From a virus (lineage: Duplodnaviria > Caudoviricetes), in the IMG/VR virus record IMGVR_UViG_3300025732_000215, positions 1-27,544 of that record: a DNA stretch of 27,544 nt, one strand, 5' to 3'. The position numbers and the translations under genes were made by a program. Below, piece after piece: positions 8,454 through 20,400 of this stretch; the first letter of the stretch is position 1; the number at the start of each line of letters is the position of its first letter. Under the pieces are notes generated by a model. It was not told where the DNA came from. It ran no database searches and saw nothing but the letters and a program-made list of their open reading frames with translations.

Positions 8454-10913
8454 TTATGCGATTCTTAACCAAACTGTGGCACTCGCATCCCCTGTTGCAC
8501 TACTAATATCTCCCATGCATCTCCAAGTTCCTGGTGGTGTTGTATTGGTAGGTTCAGATCCAGCTGCATTCGAATATCGTAAATTAGATCCTGCGGTTGT
8601 TGCACCAAAAGAAGTTGCAGTGTTGTCACGAGAACACATAGCATAACATCCTACTTCAGCAGTTGTTGAACTTAAATTTGGAAAATAATTGCTTGTCCAT
8701 ACAACAGCTGAAGCAGCATCTGAACCATGCTTAGCTTTTACATAATAACCAGCTCCAAGTGACTCAATCGATATATCACCGTTGGACCCTCTTTGGAATT
8801 GAGTCTGAGCATTTGAAACATATTCATTATATGCTATTGTACCTCCTGATACATATACTCTGTGAGTATAACCACCAGTTGATGAGAAAAAACTATAAAA
8901 CGTTCCAATATTACTCATTAATGCAGCATCTGATGTAGTAATAGATGATGCAGTATCACCTCTTGCCACAAAAGATCCACTCGATACAGATCCGCCAGCA
9001 GACGATCCTCCAGGATGGATCACGCTTTGTTGGTATCTAACTGCTGGAGCAGATGGTCCAGTTCCATCAACATAGGGACTTGTATCGCCAGTTGCTGTGA
9101 CCATAACAGGGTAAAAGAATCCACCAGTGGTTCCAAGTTCTGCTGCATTAATAAGATTAGAAGGACCTGTTCTACCCTGCACTCCTTGAGCACCTTCAGA
9201 ACCTTGAACACCTTGACGACCTTGAACTCCTTGAGGACCTGCTGTACCTTGGACACCTTGAGGACCTGTACCACCAGCAACCCCTTGAGGTCCTGGAGAG
9301 CCTTGACGACCTTGAACTCCTTGAGGTCCTTGAGTTCCTTGAACACCTTGAACACCTTGAACACCTTGAGGTCCTGCGGATCCTTGAGCACCTTGAGCTC
9401 CAGTTCCCACAGAACCTTGAACACCTTGAATACCTTGAGCACCTAGAGAACCCTGAACACCTTCTGGTCCTTGAGCACCTGGAGAACCCTGAACACCTTG
9501 TGGTCCTGAAGAACCAGTAACTCCTTGTGATCCTACATCGCCTTGAGCACCAGGAGAACCTTGTGCACCCTGTGCACCTTGAACACCTTGAGCACCAGAA
9601 CCACCTCCAGAACCCTGAACACCTTGGACTCCTTGAGGTCCTGGAGAACCCTGAACACCTTGAACACCTTGAGCTCCTGCAGTACCTCCAGAACCCTGAA
9701 CACCTTGAGCTCCCGCAGCACCTTGAACACCTTGAACACCTTGAGCACCAGAACCACCTCCGGCACCCTGAACTCCTTGAGCACCTCCAGAACCCTGAAC
9801 TCCTTGTGCTCCTACAGTACCCTGAACACCTTGGCGTCCTTGAACACCTTGAGCACCAGCGGACCCTTGAGCACCTCCAGAACCCTGAACTCCTTGTGCT
9901 CCTACAGTACCCTGAACACCTTGAGGTCCTGCAGTACCTTGAACACCTTGGCGTCCTTGAGGACCTTGAACACCTTGAACACCTTGTGCTCCTATAGAAC
10001 CTTGAACACCTTGTACTCCTATAGAACCTTGAACACCTTGAGCACCTGATGATCCTTGAGTTCCTGAAGCACCTTGGACACCTTGAGGGCCTTGTGGTCC
10101 TACAAATGGACCTACATTATTCCAAACAGTACCATCAAAAACCCAAAGGTCTCCACTACTTGTTTCAATTACACCATTTCCCGCTGAACGTGGATATACA
10201 CCAGCATTAGTATCGTTTGTTTGATTTCCAAGTAAATATGTTTGTGGAGATGATATTGTTACTGTATCAACGGAACCAATAATAACGACAGATGTTCCAT
10301 CATTACCTTTAGATCCTTGAGCACCTTGAGGTCCAGTTGCCCCTTGGACACCTTGAGCACCTACAGATCCTTGAACACCTTGACGACCTTGAACTCCTTG
10401 ATCTCCTACAGAACCTTGAACACCTTGAGGCCCTGAAGAACCTTGAGCTCCTACAGAACCTTGAACACCTTGAGGTCCTGAAGAACCTTGAACACCTTGA
10501 GCTCCTGCAGTACCTCCAGAACCCTGAACACCTTGAGCACCAGCAGATCCTTGAGTTCCTTCAGATCCCTGAACACCTTGAACACCTTGAGCTCCTTGTG
10601 GACCTGAAGTACCTTGAACACCTTGAGCTCCTGCGGATCCTTGAGCACCTCCAGAACCTTGAGCTCCCGCAGCACCTTGAATACCTTGAGCACCTACAGA
10701 ACCTTGAGCACCGCCAGAACCTTGAATACCTTGAGGTCCTTGAGAACCTTGAACACCTTGAGCACCGTTTTGAGTCCAATATCTTGTTCCATCAACTAAA
10801 GATGCTAATATTTTTCCATCTTCATCAGGAACTCCAAGATATCTCTCTGTTTGGTCTAGAGAAATAAATTGACCGTCTGCACCAACAACCTGTCCGCTAG
10901 TTAAATCTGCCAT
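8454..10913 (-). CDS. Collagen-like tail fibre (819 aa)
   Basis: Two long GAQ/GVQ/GSx tracts, a spacer with DLWVFDGTVWNNVG, C-terminal head ending PGTWRCMG...VWLRIA; followed by a Tfa-like gene. Confidence 0.9.
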   Translation of the reverse strand: MADLTSGQVVGADGQFISLDQTERYLGVPDEDGKILASLVDGTRYWTQNGAQGVQGSQGPQGIQGSGGAQGSVGAQGIQGAAGAQGSGGAQGSAGAQGVQGTSGPQGAQGVQGVQGSEGTQGSAGAQGVQGSGGTAGAQGVQGSSGPQGVQGSVGAQGSSGPQGVQGSVGDQGVQGRQGVQGSVGAQGVQGATGPQGAQGSKGNDGTSVVIIGSVDTVTISSPQTYLLGNQTNDTNAGVYPRSAGNGVIETSSGDLWVFDGTVWNNVGPFVGPQGPQGVQGASGTQGSSGAQGVQGSIGVQGVQGSIGAQGVQGVQGPQGRQGVQGTAGPQGVQGTVGAQGVQGSGGAQGSAGAQGVQGRQGVQGTVGAQGVQGSGGAQGVQGAGGGSGAQGVQGVQGAAGAQGVQGSGGTAGAQGVQGVQGSPGPQGVQGVQGSGGGSGAQGVQGAQGAQGSPGAQGDVGSQGVTGSSGPQGVQGSPGAQGPEGVQGSLGAQGIQGVQGSVGTGAQGAQGSAGPQGVQGVQGVQGTQGPQGVQGRQGSPGPQGVAGGTGPQGVQGTAGPQGVQGRQGVQGSEGAQGVQGRTGPSNLINAAELGTTGGFFYPVMVTATGDTSPYVDGTGPSAPAVRYQQSVIHPGGSSAGGSVSSGSFVARGDTASSITTSDAALMSNIGTFYSFFSSTGGYTHRVYVSGGTIAYNEYVSNAQTQFQRGSNGDISIESLGAGYYVKAKHGSDAASAVVWTSNYFPNLSSTTAEVGCYAMCSRDNTATSFGATTAGSNLRYSNAAGSEPTNTTPPGTWRCMGDISSATGDASATVWLRIA
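9160..10766 (-). repeat. Two Gly-X-Y coding tracts (~9160-10100 and ~10300-10766)
   Basis: 9-bp periodicity, translation G-x-Q. Confidence 0.92.
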
Positions 10914-10917
10914 TTAC

Positions 10918-11259
10918 TTACTTTGCTGATTCTAAAATACTAATAGTAAAGTTCATAACATTATTTGCAGAACCTGCCACTTCGATTTTATCTCCAACTT
11001 CCAAAACAAGACTTCCTCCAATTGGACTTAATGCATCTGTCGTAGGTATTCTTGCATTTTTAATTAGTTCAACTGATCCATAAATATCACCTCGATTATG
11101 GTAGACAGTTACCGTTGCAATTCCAGATGATATATTTGATATGACTGAAAATAAATGAATTGCAGAAACTCCATTGGGAACAGTATAGACTGTGGTGATT
11201 CCAGTTGTAACTGGTGCTCTATAAGTTTTATATGTATTAAGTGCTAATGCTCCTGCCAT
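10918..11259 (-). CDS. Small virion structural-type protein (113 aa)
   Basis: TVYTVP.G...LVLEVGDKI.V...ISILE pattern; packed between fibre genes. Confidence 0.75.
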   Translation of the reverse strand: MAGALALNTYKTYRAPVTTGITTVYTVPNGVSAIHLFSVISNISSGIATVTVYHNRGDIYGSVELIKNARIPTTDALSPIGGSLVLEVGDKIEVAGSANNVMNFTISILESAK

Positions 11260-11262
11260 TTC

Positions 11263-14052
11263 TTATTTTGCCCCTAATGCGATAATAAATGGTGTTACTG
11301 TATTTAGCAAACTACGCTCAAAAGCTCTTCCGCGAATCGTTCCAGTTGCTTGATCAATGACTAAATCATCACCAATTGCAAAGTTTCCGTCTTGATCTGT
11401 ACTTGTATAGACAACTTCCCCACCATCAAGTTTAACAACCTCATTTGCTTGAATAGTTACCCCACCTTTTGATGGTCTAGCAAATTCAATTGCATTTCCT
11501 GCTCCAATATATTCAAACGAATGTGAGGAAACTATCTGTAAACTTTGCCTAAACAGATATGCAGTTGTTCCAATTCCAACATCATTATTTAAAGTTTGTG
11601 CAAAAGTAACTGTAGAAACTCCTGCAGATGGAGTTGTTGCTGTACGAACTTGATAATAAAGTGGTCTAAAAATAGGAGATATTGATACTGTTCCTGATGG
11701 AGGAGAAGGACTTATTGTAGCAGTAACAGTATTTTTATCTGCCTCAGTATAATTTCTACCATTACCAATCATATTAATTGCGCTTATAGAACCACTACTA
11801 GATATTTCCGCAATCGCTTCTGCCTTAATTGCAGATGGTCCTGAAGGATCTCCTAAGAATATAATATTTGGTGGTTCAGTATATCCAGAACCACCACTAT
11901 TAATTGTAACACCAACAATCTCATAGAACAATTCTCCAAAATAAATAACTTGCCCCGAATATGGTTTTTCATTTCCAATTCCACTAAGAACAACAGTTAA
12001 ATCACCTTCTGAAGCATTTGCTGCAACACTTCCAGTGTAACGATATGATGATTTTGAAGTAGTACCAGCAATTCCTTCAGAAACTAATCCGTAAGTACCA
12101 AAAGAAGAGTTTGAGTTTGTAATGTCACATTGCCCACCATTCTTTGTTACAATTGCTTTGTTATCGCAAATTGTAAAGATAGAAACTAACTGTGCATATG
12201 CTCCATTGGAAACTTCAACTCCAATTCCTCCCTGATTATATTGAGTATAAGAGTCAACACTCATCATACCAGTAATTCCCATATCGTCCTTATCACCGGG
12301 ATCTGCGTGGAAACCATCAACTTTCATTCCAATACTGTCTGGAATAAAGTTAGTGCAGTTGCGAATATAAGGACCTTTAATTACATTTCCAACTCCCTGA
12401 GATGGAATATGATTTGGATTTGTAGTTCCAATTCCAGCATTACCTGGATACATTATATTAAAGGATGTTCCAACAACACTTGGACCTTGATCAATAATTG
12501 TAGTTACAACTCCAACACAAGAGTAAATCGCAGATACTACATTCGCACAAGAATTATTATTAATATTTGAACCAGTTGCGGGATCTGGTTGGATACTTAG
12601 ATCCCTAATCTGAGTAAACTCTGATTGATAATTTCCGTCCCAAAGAACGTTATTAATACAAGACTGTGCAATACCTGCAGCATAATGAATAGTATCAATT
12701 GTTTCTGTTTTGACTCCAACAATATGTTGAAGTGTAGGACCGTTATAATATGATAATCCTGCACCTACACACTTTGAATTTCCACCTCGTGTAATATCGT
12801 GGCATACTGCTCTAAAAATATCTTTAATGTCATCTTTACAAGAAGTATAATCTCCACTTGTAAGCGAAAATGGACCATTTGGATAATCAATACTGGTTAA
12901 GAATCCAACTGCCTCTGATGCAATAAAATCAAGATTGTAACGAATCATTCTTGCTGCATCAAAATAGCGATCTGAAGAAACACCAAGCAATGGTTTAAAT
13001 GCGACAACAGATGCACCTGAAGTTGCTGCTTGACCCTGGAAAGATAAATCTGTTAAATGATTTCCATTAGTAACGTGAAATAAATCTGATCCGGTGTTTG
13101 ATGGCCTTACAATACAGTTTCTGAGTTCCGCACCCTCTATTGAAACATCTTCTGGAAGAACAATTGGATTATTTTCCTGATAATCTCCAGGTGAAACCTT
13201 TACAGTATCTCCAGTGCTTGCAATTCCTACTGCTGCCTTAATAGTTCTCTTTGCTAAATTTAAGGACAAACCATCATTTAAATCACTTCCATTCATTGCA
13301 ACATATATTGTTTTTCCTGGAGGGTTGTTAACTCCATTAATAAGAACATCTACTCCATAATCGTTTATACTTGTTACTGTTACTCCAGTTCCAGTAAAAT
13401 TAAGTAATTTAATTGAACTTGCAGTACCAACAGTGTTTCCTTCATCCTGAACGGTAATTCCAATTGATACAATAACTGGTTCGGATACTGGCAATGTCTG
13501 CGAAACAATAATCTCTACACTTTCCTCACCGAAACAAGGATCATTTAATATAATTGTAGATCCATCAGTTGCGGTAAATTCATTCGTCGTAAGTCTTACG
13601 CCATTAATATAAACCTCTACAGCTCCAGGTTCGTATGGAAAATAAAAAGTATCCTGTCCAGGTGAAGCAATTGCTAAAATAGAATTCTTTGAAAGTTTGG
13701 ACCAAGTAACTCCTGTACCTGTGGATACTAATACTTGACCATCTTTTCCTGTAGTATCTCCAATACTTACATAACCATTAAGAAAAATATTATTAAACGT
13801 AGATATTCCTGTTACTTCTAAGTTAGTCGCAGTTATAACGCCAGAATTGATATATGCATTTGACGCATATAAATTGCTGAATGTTGCTACACCTACTGTA
13901 AGATTTGTAGCACCAATACCACCATTAACGTGTAGAGTATATTGTGGATTAGTTGTTGCAATACCTACCTTATTTGAATTCGCATCAGCAAAAATAAGAT
14001 TATTGTTAATCTCTATGCCGTTTTTGACGACAAAATTCTTTTGTACTGCCAT
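11263..14052 (-). CDS. Large tail/virion structural protein (929 aa), probable beta-helix core
   Basis: MAVQKNFVVKNG; IYVAMNGSD.NDG...AKRTIKAA; PYIRNCT; motifs shared with the 2004-aa protein. Confidence 0.8.
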   Translation of the reverse strand: MAVQKNFVVKNGIEINNNLIFADANSNKVGIATTNPQYTLHVNGGIGATNLTVGVATFSNLYASNAYINSGVITATNLEVTGISTFNNIFLNGYVSIGDTTGKDGQVLVSTGTGVTWSKLSKNSILAIASPGQDTFYFPYEPGAVEVYINGVRLTTNEFTATDGSTIILNDPCFGEESVEIIVSQTLPVSEPVIVSIGITVQDEGNTVGTASSIKLLNFTGTGVTVTSINDYGVDVLINGVNNPPGKTIYVAMNGSDLNDGLSLNLAKRTIKAAVGIASTGDTVKVSPGDYQENNPIVLPEDVSIEGAELRNCIVRPSNTGSDLFHVTNGNHLTDLSFQGQAATSGASVVAFKPLLGVSSDRYFDAARMIRYNLDFIASEAVGFLTSIDYPNGPFSLTSGDYTSCKDDIKDIFRAVCHDITRGGNSKCVGAGLSYYNGPTLQHIVGVKTETIDTIHYAAGIAQSCINNVLWDGNYQSEFTQIRDLSIQPDPATGSNINNNSCANVVSAIYSCVGVVTTIIDQGPSVVGTSFNIMYPGNAGIGTTNPNHIPSQGVGNVIKGPYIRNCTNFIPDSIGMKVDGFHADPGDKDDMGITGMMSVDSYTQYNQGGIGVEVSNGAYAQLVSIFTICDNKAIVTKNGGQCDITNSNSSFGTYGLVSEGIAGTTSKSSYRYTGSVAANASEGDLTVVLSGIGNEKPYSGQVIYFGELFYEIVGVTINSGGSGYTEPPNIIFLGDPSGPSAIKAEAIAEISSSGSISAINMIGNGRNYTEADKNTVTATISPSPPSGTVSISPIFRPLYYQVRTATTPSAGVSTVTFAQTLNNDVGIGTTAYLFRQSLQIVSSHSFEYIGAGNAIEFARPSKGGVTIQANEVVKLDGGEVVYTSTDQDGNFAIGDDLVIDQATGTIRGRAFERSLLNTVTPFIIALGAK

Positions 14053-14077
14053 AGGTGGAGAGCGCCAACCTTTCTAG

Positions 14078-14091
14078 TTATTTATAAATAA
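14078..14091. promoter_or_regulatory. Overlapping divergent late promoters (TATAAATA on both strands)
   Basis: Palindrome ttatttataaataa between divergent genes. Confidence 0.8.
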
Positions 14092-14115
14092 TCAAAAGTC
14101 TTTTAAGTAATTTAT

Positions 14116-14439
14116 ATGGCGTCACAAGTTTTAAGCGGAACTAATACAAGTTTAACTTACACAAATTCTACGGGTCAAAATGTGAGAGTTATAATTAATT
14201 ATTTGAGGTATTCAGGTTCTGCTACTATGACCGCAGGAAGTATGTCAGTAACTACAACATCCAGTGGAACCGTGGGTAGAAATTTAGCATATACATCATC
14301 ATCACCTAACGGTTCAAATAATGCAGTAATATCTATTGCAGATGCATTACCTACGGAAGTCATGCTTGCACCTGGACAAGTGTTTTCTGTCTCAGGAACT
14401 ACAACTTACAATATTATAATTATTCCTGAGGCGGGATAA
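14116..14439 (+). CDS. Small structural-type protein (107 aa), the only credible plus-strand gene
   Basis: Fills the intergenic gap, has its own late promoter; MASQVLSG...YTN.TGQNVR...PTEVMLA.G...YNIIIIPE. Confidence 0.8.
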   Translation: MASQVLSGTNTSLTYTNSTGQNVRVIINYLRYSGSATMTAGSMSVTTTSSGTVGRNLAYTSSSPNGSNNAVISIADALPTEVMLAPGQVFSVSGTTTYNIIIIPEAG

Positions 14440-17400
14440 TCAAATAGGAATACTAAATCCGCGAGTAGTAAATGGATAAAGTGCTCCGTTAAAGGTTCCA
14501 ATAACTACTCCACCAGTACCTGTTGCACTAATTGTTGCAACTCCATTTGTCTTGGTTATAGAAACATTAAGTCCAGCAACAACATCAAGAATACCTGTAT
14601 TTGTTATGGTTGATATTGGACCGAATGGACTTGTAATATTAATTCCAGACCCGGCAAGAAGTTGAGAAATAGTCCCTCCACCACTACCAGTAGAAACAGT
14701 AGTCCAAGATAAACCACCAGATCCGTTAGAGGTTAATACTTGACCATTAGTTCCATAAGAGTTTGGAAGCGTGAATAGCAGATTTCCTGGTCCTGTTGGC
14801 GCTTTGATAGCAGAGTATGCGGTTCTGTTGGGATTATAAAGTCTTAATGCACCATTCAGTCCAATATTTCCAATAACATCAAGTTTTTCATTAATCGATG
14901 TTGCTGTTCCAAGTCCAAGAGATCCAGTAGTAGTATAAACTAAAGGTGAAGTATCTCCAACACTGTCATCAACGCGAATAATATTTCCAGAACCACTTGA
15001 TGATTTAATATAAACAGCTTGCTGAGTGCCAGCATCAATTTCTAATTTAGAGGTTGGAATAGTACTTCCAATACCAACAGAACCATTATTAGTAATTACA
15101 AAAGAAGTTTGATCCGAAATTTCATCTTCAACTATAAGAGCATTTCCTGCACCGGTTTGCGAAATTCTTAATAAAGAATTTGAAGAAGAACCTTCAATTG
15201 CAAGACTATTATTTGTATCATTATAAAAGAAAATTGGAACTCCAGAGAATACACTGGAATTATTGTATTGAATAGATTTATTAGGTAATCCTGGACTTGA
15301 TGTTGTACCAATACCAGTTGATGCAGTTCCAATAATACTTACTGTAGCAATACCAGTTATGCTACTGTAATCAGTGGTAACTGTTATTCCATAACCTACA
15401 AAATTAAATTGTGTGGCAAGACCTATAAAAGTATTAAATGGTCCACTAGAAACACCAATTGTCTGTGACTGCGGAGTTGCATTAAAGTTTACTGTAGTTA
15501 TTCCAGAGGTTGCATCATTAATTGCAGTAATTGTTAATCCAGTTCCAGTAATGTTTATTAATGTGGAGAATCCTACGTAATTTCCTCCAGAAGAAATTCC
15601 AACACCATAGGAATAATCTCCAACATCTCCAATAAAACCAAATGATTTCCATTCGTTATTTGTTGTATAAATCCATCCGGCATTACTACCACTTACTGGT
15701 ATTGAATTAAATTCAATATCACCATAGTTTCCGGAGATGGTTGGTTTTTCTGAACCAATACTTATTTTTCTAGAAATTTCTTCTTGTCCTTGTAAGAACA
15801 AAGATTCTACTTCTAATTCTGAGTTTGCAGTAACTTTACTGTTGAAGATAACTGGTCCATTAAATTCTGAGATAGAATTTTTATCTTGACCACCTTCAAC
15901 CTTAATTGAAGATTCTACAAATACTTTTTGAGATTCTGAAATGTTGATAAGATTATTTGAATCATTATCTCCAGTAACTGTTGGAATTGGAATATCATAA
16001 GTTTCTTCTTGACCAGTTGTGGAATTGATCTTTTTGTTTCCTACGTAGAATGCTCCTTCACTATCCATTCCAGTGTAAACAACAATACCACCATCAGTTT
16101 TTGTTGCTTGTGCTAAGAATTTTTCTTCTCTTGAAATTAAGCGATCTTGTTTGTCTGGAAGTGAAGTTGAATAGTTACCTGGACCATAACCAAGATACTC
16201 AAAAGTATGACCAGAAGCACGAATAATAGAATTTCTGCGAAGTTCAACCGGAGTTACCTTAATTCTGCGAACAACTGATCCAACATCGTGAGTTTGCCTT
16301 CTAGTTCCTAAAACTGATCTAAAGACAGAAACTGAATTTGATGTAACTGCAGTTCTAACTCTGAAAATTTCACTATTGATAAGTAGATAATCACCCAATT
16401 GCAGACCAAGAGAAACTGCATTTGGAATGCTTAAATTATTTGTTAGATCGGAATAAGAAGTCAGATATTGTGATGAAATTGTTGTTGTAATTCCAGCATA
16501 CTCATAACTCACACGACCAGAAATATTTTCTGATTCTGCAAGAAGATTGCCGCCAAAAGATGTTAGATATGATCTATATCCATATAACGTTCCGGTTGCA
16601 CTTGTGGAAGTTGTTGCAGAAACTCCTACATTAATTTGTAAGGAGACTAGACTATTGATTCTATTAACAATAAAATCTCCATTGAATGCAGATTCATTCG
16701 CTCCAGAAATTCTGATCTTATTATCAACCAAGAATCCGTGACTTGTTGTAAATCCAACTGTTGCAATTCCTGAGGTTGGAGTATAACTGAATGAAGAGAC
16801 TGTTAAAACTTTTCCTGTAGGAACATACCCAGAATTTATAGTTACAGTTGAATCTAATCCAAGAGGAGTTGTATTAGAAATAGATTCAGAAGAAACGACA
16901 TCAATTTGATTTGATGTGGTAATACCAGTAATTCTATAAAGTGTATTATATCCTGAATTCAGTGCAGATGTGATTCCAGAGACTTTAATTGCATCACCAA
17001 TATTGTCCGAAATAGATTCAACTCTTACTACACCTTGAACAAATCCAGTAGTTGTAGCAACACCAACAACTCTTAACGTATTTCCGATTCCATATGCAGA
17101 ACCACCGTCAATGATTTTGACAGATGTAATGGTTCCAGAACCATCAATTGCAATTACTGCAGTTGCATTTGATCCAGTTGTTGAACCAGCAAATCCAACT
17201 AATTGTGCATTATATAGATTGGTAGGTCCAGTTCCAGACCCATAATTGCTACCACCAGTTACAATACTTACGCTTGTAATTCCAGACAGTCCGTGGTCTA
17301 CTGAGGTGTAAATTGTATGTGTAGTTCCGCTTGAAGAATGAATGTCTGTAATACCAGAACCGACAACAAAAGATTCTAATGTTTCTTTTGTAATACTATT

Positions 17401-20400
17401 TTGCGGATCGTTTACAGTTACCTTACCAATCAGACTTGGCAATGCATATGATCTAGATGCATTTGGATCCGAATTTGAATTATCTTTATTAAGTTGTGGA
17501 TAAAGATTTTCAATTGGTTGAGAAAAATACTCTTGAGTAAATGGAGTTACTGTTGGAGCATTCGAATGATTGACTAAAGTTAGATAATAGATACCATCCT
17601 GAACACCAGAAATGTATGATTGAATTTCTTGTGATTTATAAACTTGATATGTTTTATTATATTTCTTTCTTCCAAAATAAGGGAGGTTCCCATCTCTTGT
17701 AGATGTATCATTTGCAAATAATCCTGGATTTGAATTTAAAGAATATTTAAATTCTTTTAGACTTGGAATTGATGTTACAGTATATGTACCATTGTATCCT
17801 GTTGGATTTACATTTACAATCTCAACTTGATCTCCGGTTTTTAATCCATGAGGAAGTTCAGTTCTAATTGTTACCGCATTAGAACTCCAAGATGCACTTG
17901 CAATGAACTTTGGATTTCTTAATTGTCCTAAACCAGTAATTGCTCCAGAGTCGCTGTAAAGTTGGGAAATTTCGGTTGCACCTGTACCAACAATATTATT
18001 TGATTCTTGTAGAATGAATCCATCAAGAGGTGGTCTTGCTTTAACTGGAGAAGTTTTTGGAAGAACATAACGAATTCTGTATAGAGTATCAATCAAACTT
18101 CTATTATCTGGTTTTCGAGTTGCATAAGATCTGCTAGTTGCATTTCCTATACCACCAGTTCCTAAGGAATTGATTGCATTATAAATTCCATTTGATGAAG
18201 TAGAAACATTAATATACCAATTTCCAGAAAGATCCCACTGAACTGGATGTCCAATGTCTCCTGATTTTTTATCAGATACTCTACTTACAATGTTTAGTGT
18301 TCCACCTTTATTATTAATTTGTATTGCACTTCCAGTAACTCCACCATTAATTGCATCATTTAGTGACTTTGCAATGCGAATTTGATTTGTTCCAATTCCA
18401 GTTGCAGATTCTTTAGTAATTGCATAATAAATCTGATCCTGCTCTAATCCATCAGGTAAATGACCATTATCAGAGACAATACGAATTGATTCACCATTTA
18501 TAAAAGAGTGAGGTTGTGTTAATGTAAGAGTATAATCTGAAGTGTTAATACTATTGATGCCTACAGCACTTCTTCCAACAGCAAATGATTTCCGAGATGA
18601 TGATTGAGTGGAATCATAAGGACCATATGGCATTACAACTCTAGAAGAATAAGTTGTAACAGAACCACTCTGGTAAGATTGAATATTCAATATCTCATTA
18701 CTTTTTGCGCCAATAGAATATCCATCAACAATTACATTTGGTGGATTATTTTGATCTATTTGATTGTAAAGATAGAGTCTATCTGTTGTTCCTGCACCAG
18801 CAGACTTGGATGTGGTTAATCCAACATCAATAGATTCAAATTCTAGGGTAATTTCTTCTGAGTCAATTTCTTTTGGTGGAATAATATGAGTGATATATCC
18901 ATAATCATCTTGAGAAAATGCATCTTTTCTAAATCCAGAAGAAACTAATGCCTTTGCACCGAAGTTGGAGTTTGAATTATTGAGTGCAATATCGCCACCA
19001 TTTTCAGTTACAAAATGTTGGGCATAACCAATAGCAAAAACAGAAACTAACTGTAAGAAAGCATCATTGGTTGCTTTAATATGAAAGTTTTCATATTCTG
19101 GTTTAAATCTTGCTCTGGAATTAGTATGAAGATCAATAATAGACGTTGAATCTCTATAATTTCCTGAACTAGTATCGTATTTTACAAACGCATTATCATC
19201 TTTTTGTAGACCAATACCTGTGTATTGTGCAACAACCATTGACTTAAATCCTGTTGCTTTGTCACCATCAGCAAGTAATCCACACATTCCGTAAACAGAA
19301 CGTAAAGAGCAGTTGAAAATATATGGAGATGCTGAGGTTACTGTATCAACAACAAGGTTTAAAGACGAACCAGGAACAGGTGGTAGTGGATTTGTTGGTG
19401 GATTTTGTACCTGATACGTAATTCTAGTGCTACTTGGAACAGTTGCAATTACATACTGACCATCATAACCACTTGCACCAACACCGCTAATTTGAATTGG
19501 ACTATCTACACTTAATCCTTCAACTGTTTCTATTAAATCGACTGTAATTGTAGATGTAGAAGTGGCTCCATTTCCTGCACGGATACTGCTGATTCCCACA
19601 GAAGCACCTTTAGGACCTACAATACGATATTCATCAATTACTGGTTGAATATCTACAGTTCCTGCACCATAATCTGGAGAAATTTCTCTTCCAGATGAAG
19701 CACCATATGCTGCAGCAACTTTTTCATAATACATATCCAGATCAGTTCTGGTTGTAGAATACGTTAAAAAGTCGTCCTCAATTGAAACAGAGTTTACTCC
19801 ATCTGCATACTCAAAACCAGAAAGTTTGTGGTGAGAAAAATTAGGAACAAATAAATTTTCTGTATAATCCTTGTAACAATTTTCATTTGGATCTGCATCC
19901 AGAATAGTAAATTGCCAGAAATAGCACCCACCAGTAACTCTAAAAATACAAGATCTTTCTATATTATTATTTTGTGGATTTGGTACATATAATGGACGAA
20001 TCTTAGTCTTACGAAGATCCATACCAACAATTGAAGTTCCTCTTGGAACTATTACTCCACCATAAATTGAGTTAAGTTTATATAAATCGTTATCCGGAGT
20101 TGCAAGATCAAAATTAGAGTCAAGATCCCATTGAACAAAATCAGTAAGACCAGTAGCACCACTTCTTGCAGAATATGTGCCTGAAGCAGTTGGAATATAA
20201 CCGGGACGGTTATCTACAATATGATCCCCAGGATAAAGAAGAATTGTTGTTTTATTAAATCTGTCATTATTTAAACCGCGTTGATATGAAAATCTTGCCG
20301 ATTCAATCAACGCTCTTTGAAGAGTTTTAAACGGTCTTGTTAAACTATTTCCAGAATTTTCAATACTATCCGTAGAATCAAGACTATTAGGATCTACATA

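Noticed and set aside
1-10766. Repeat tracts as a CRISPR-like or guide array
   Set aside because: 9-bp codon periodicity, no unique spacers, entirely inside coding frames; no cas or reverse transcriptase gene seen.
9015-10867. Many overlapping low-complexity ORFs
   Set aside because: Same artefact over the 819-aa collagen-like gene.
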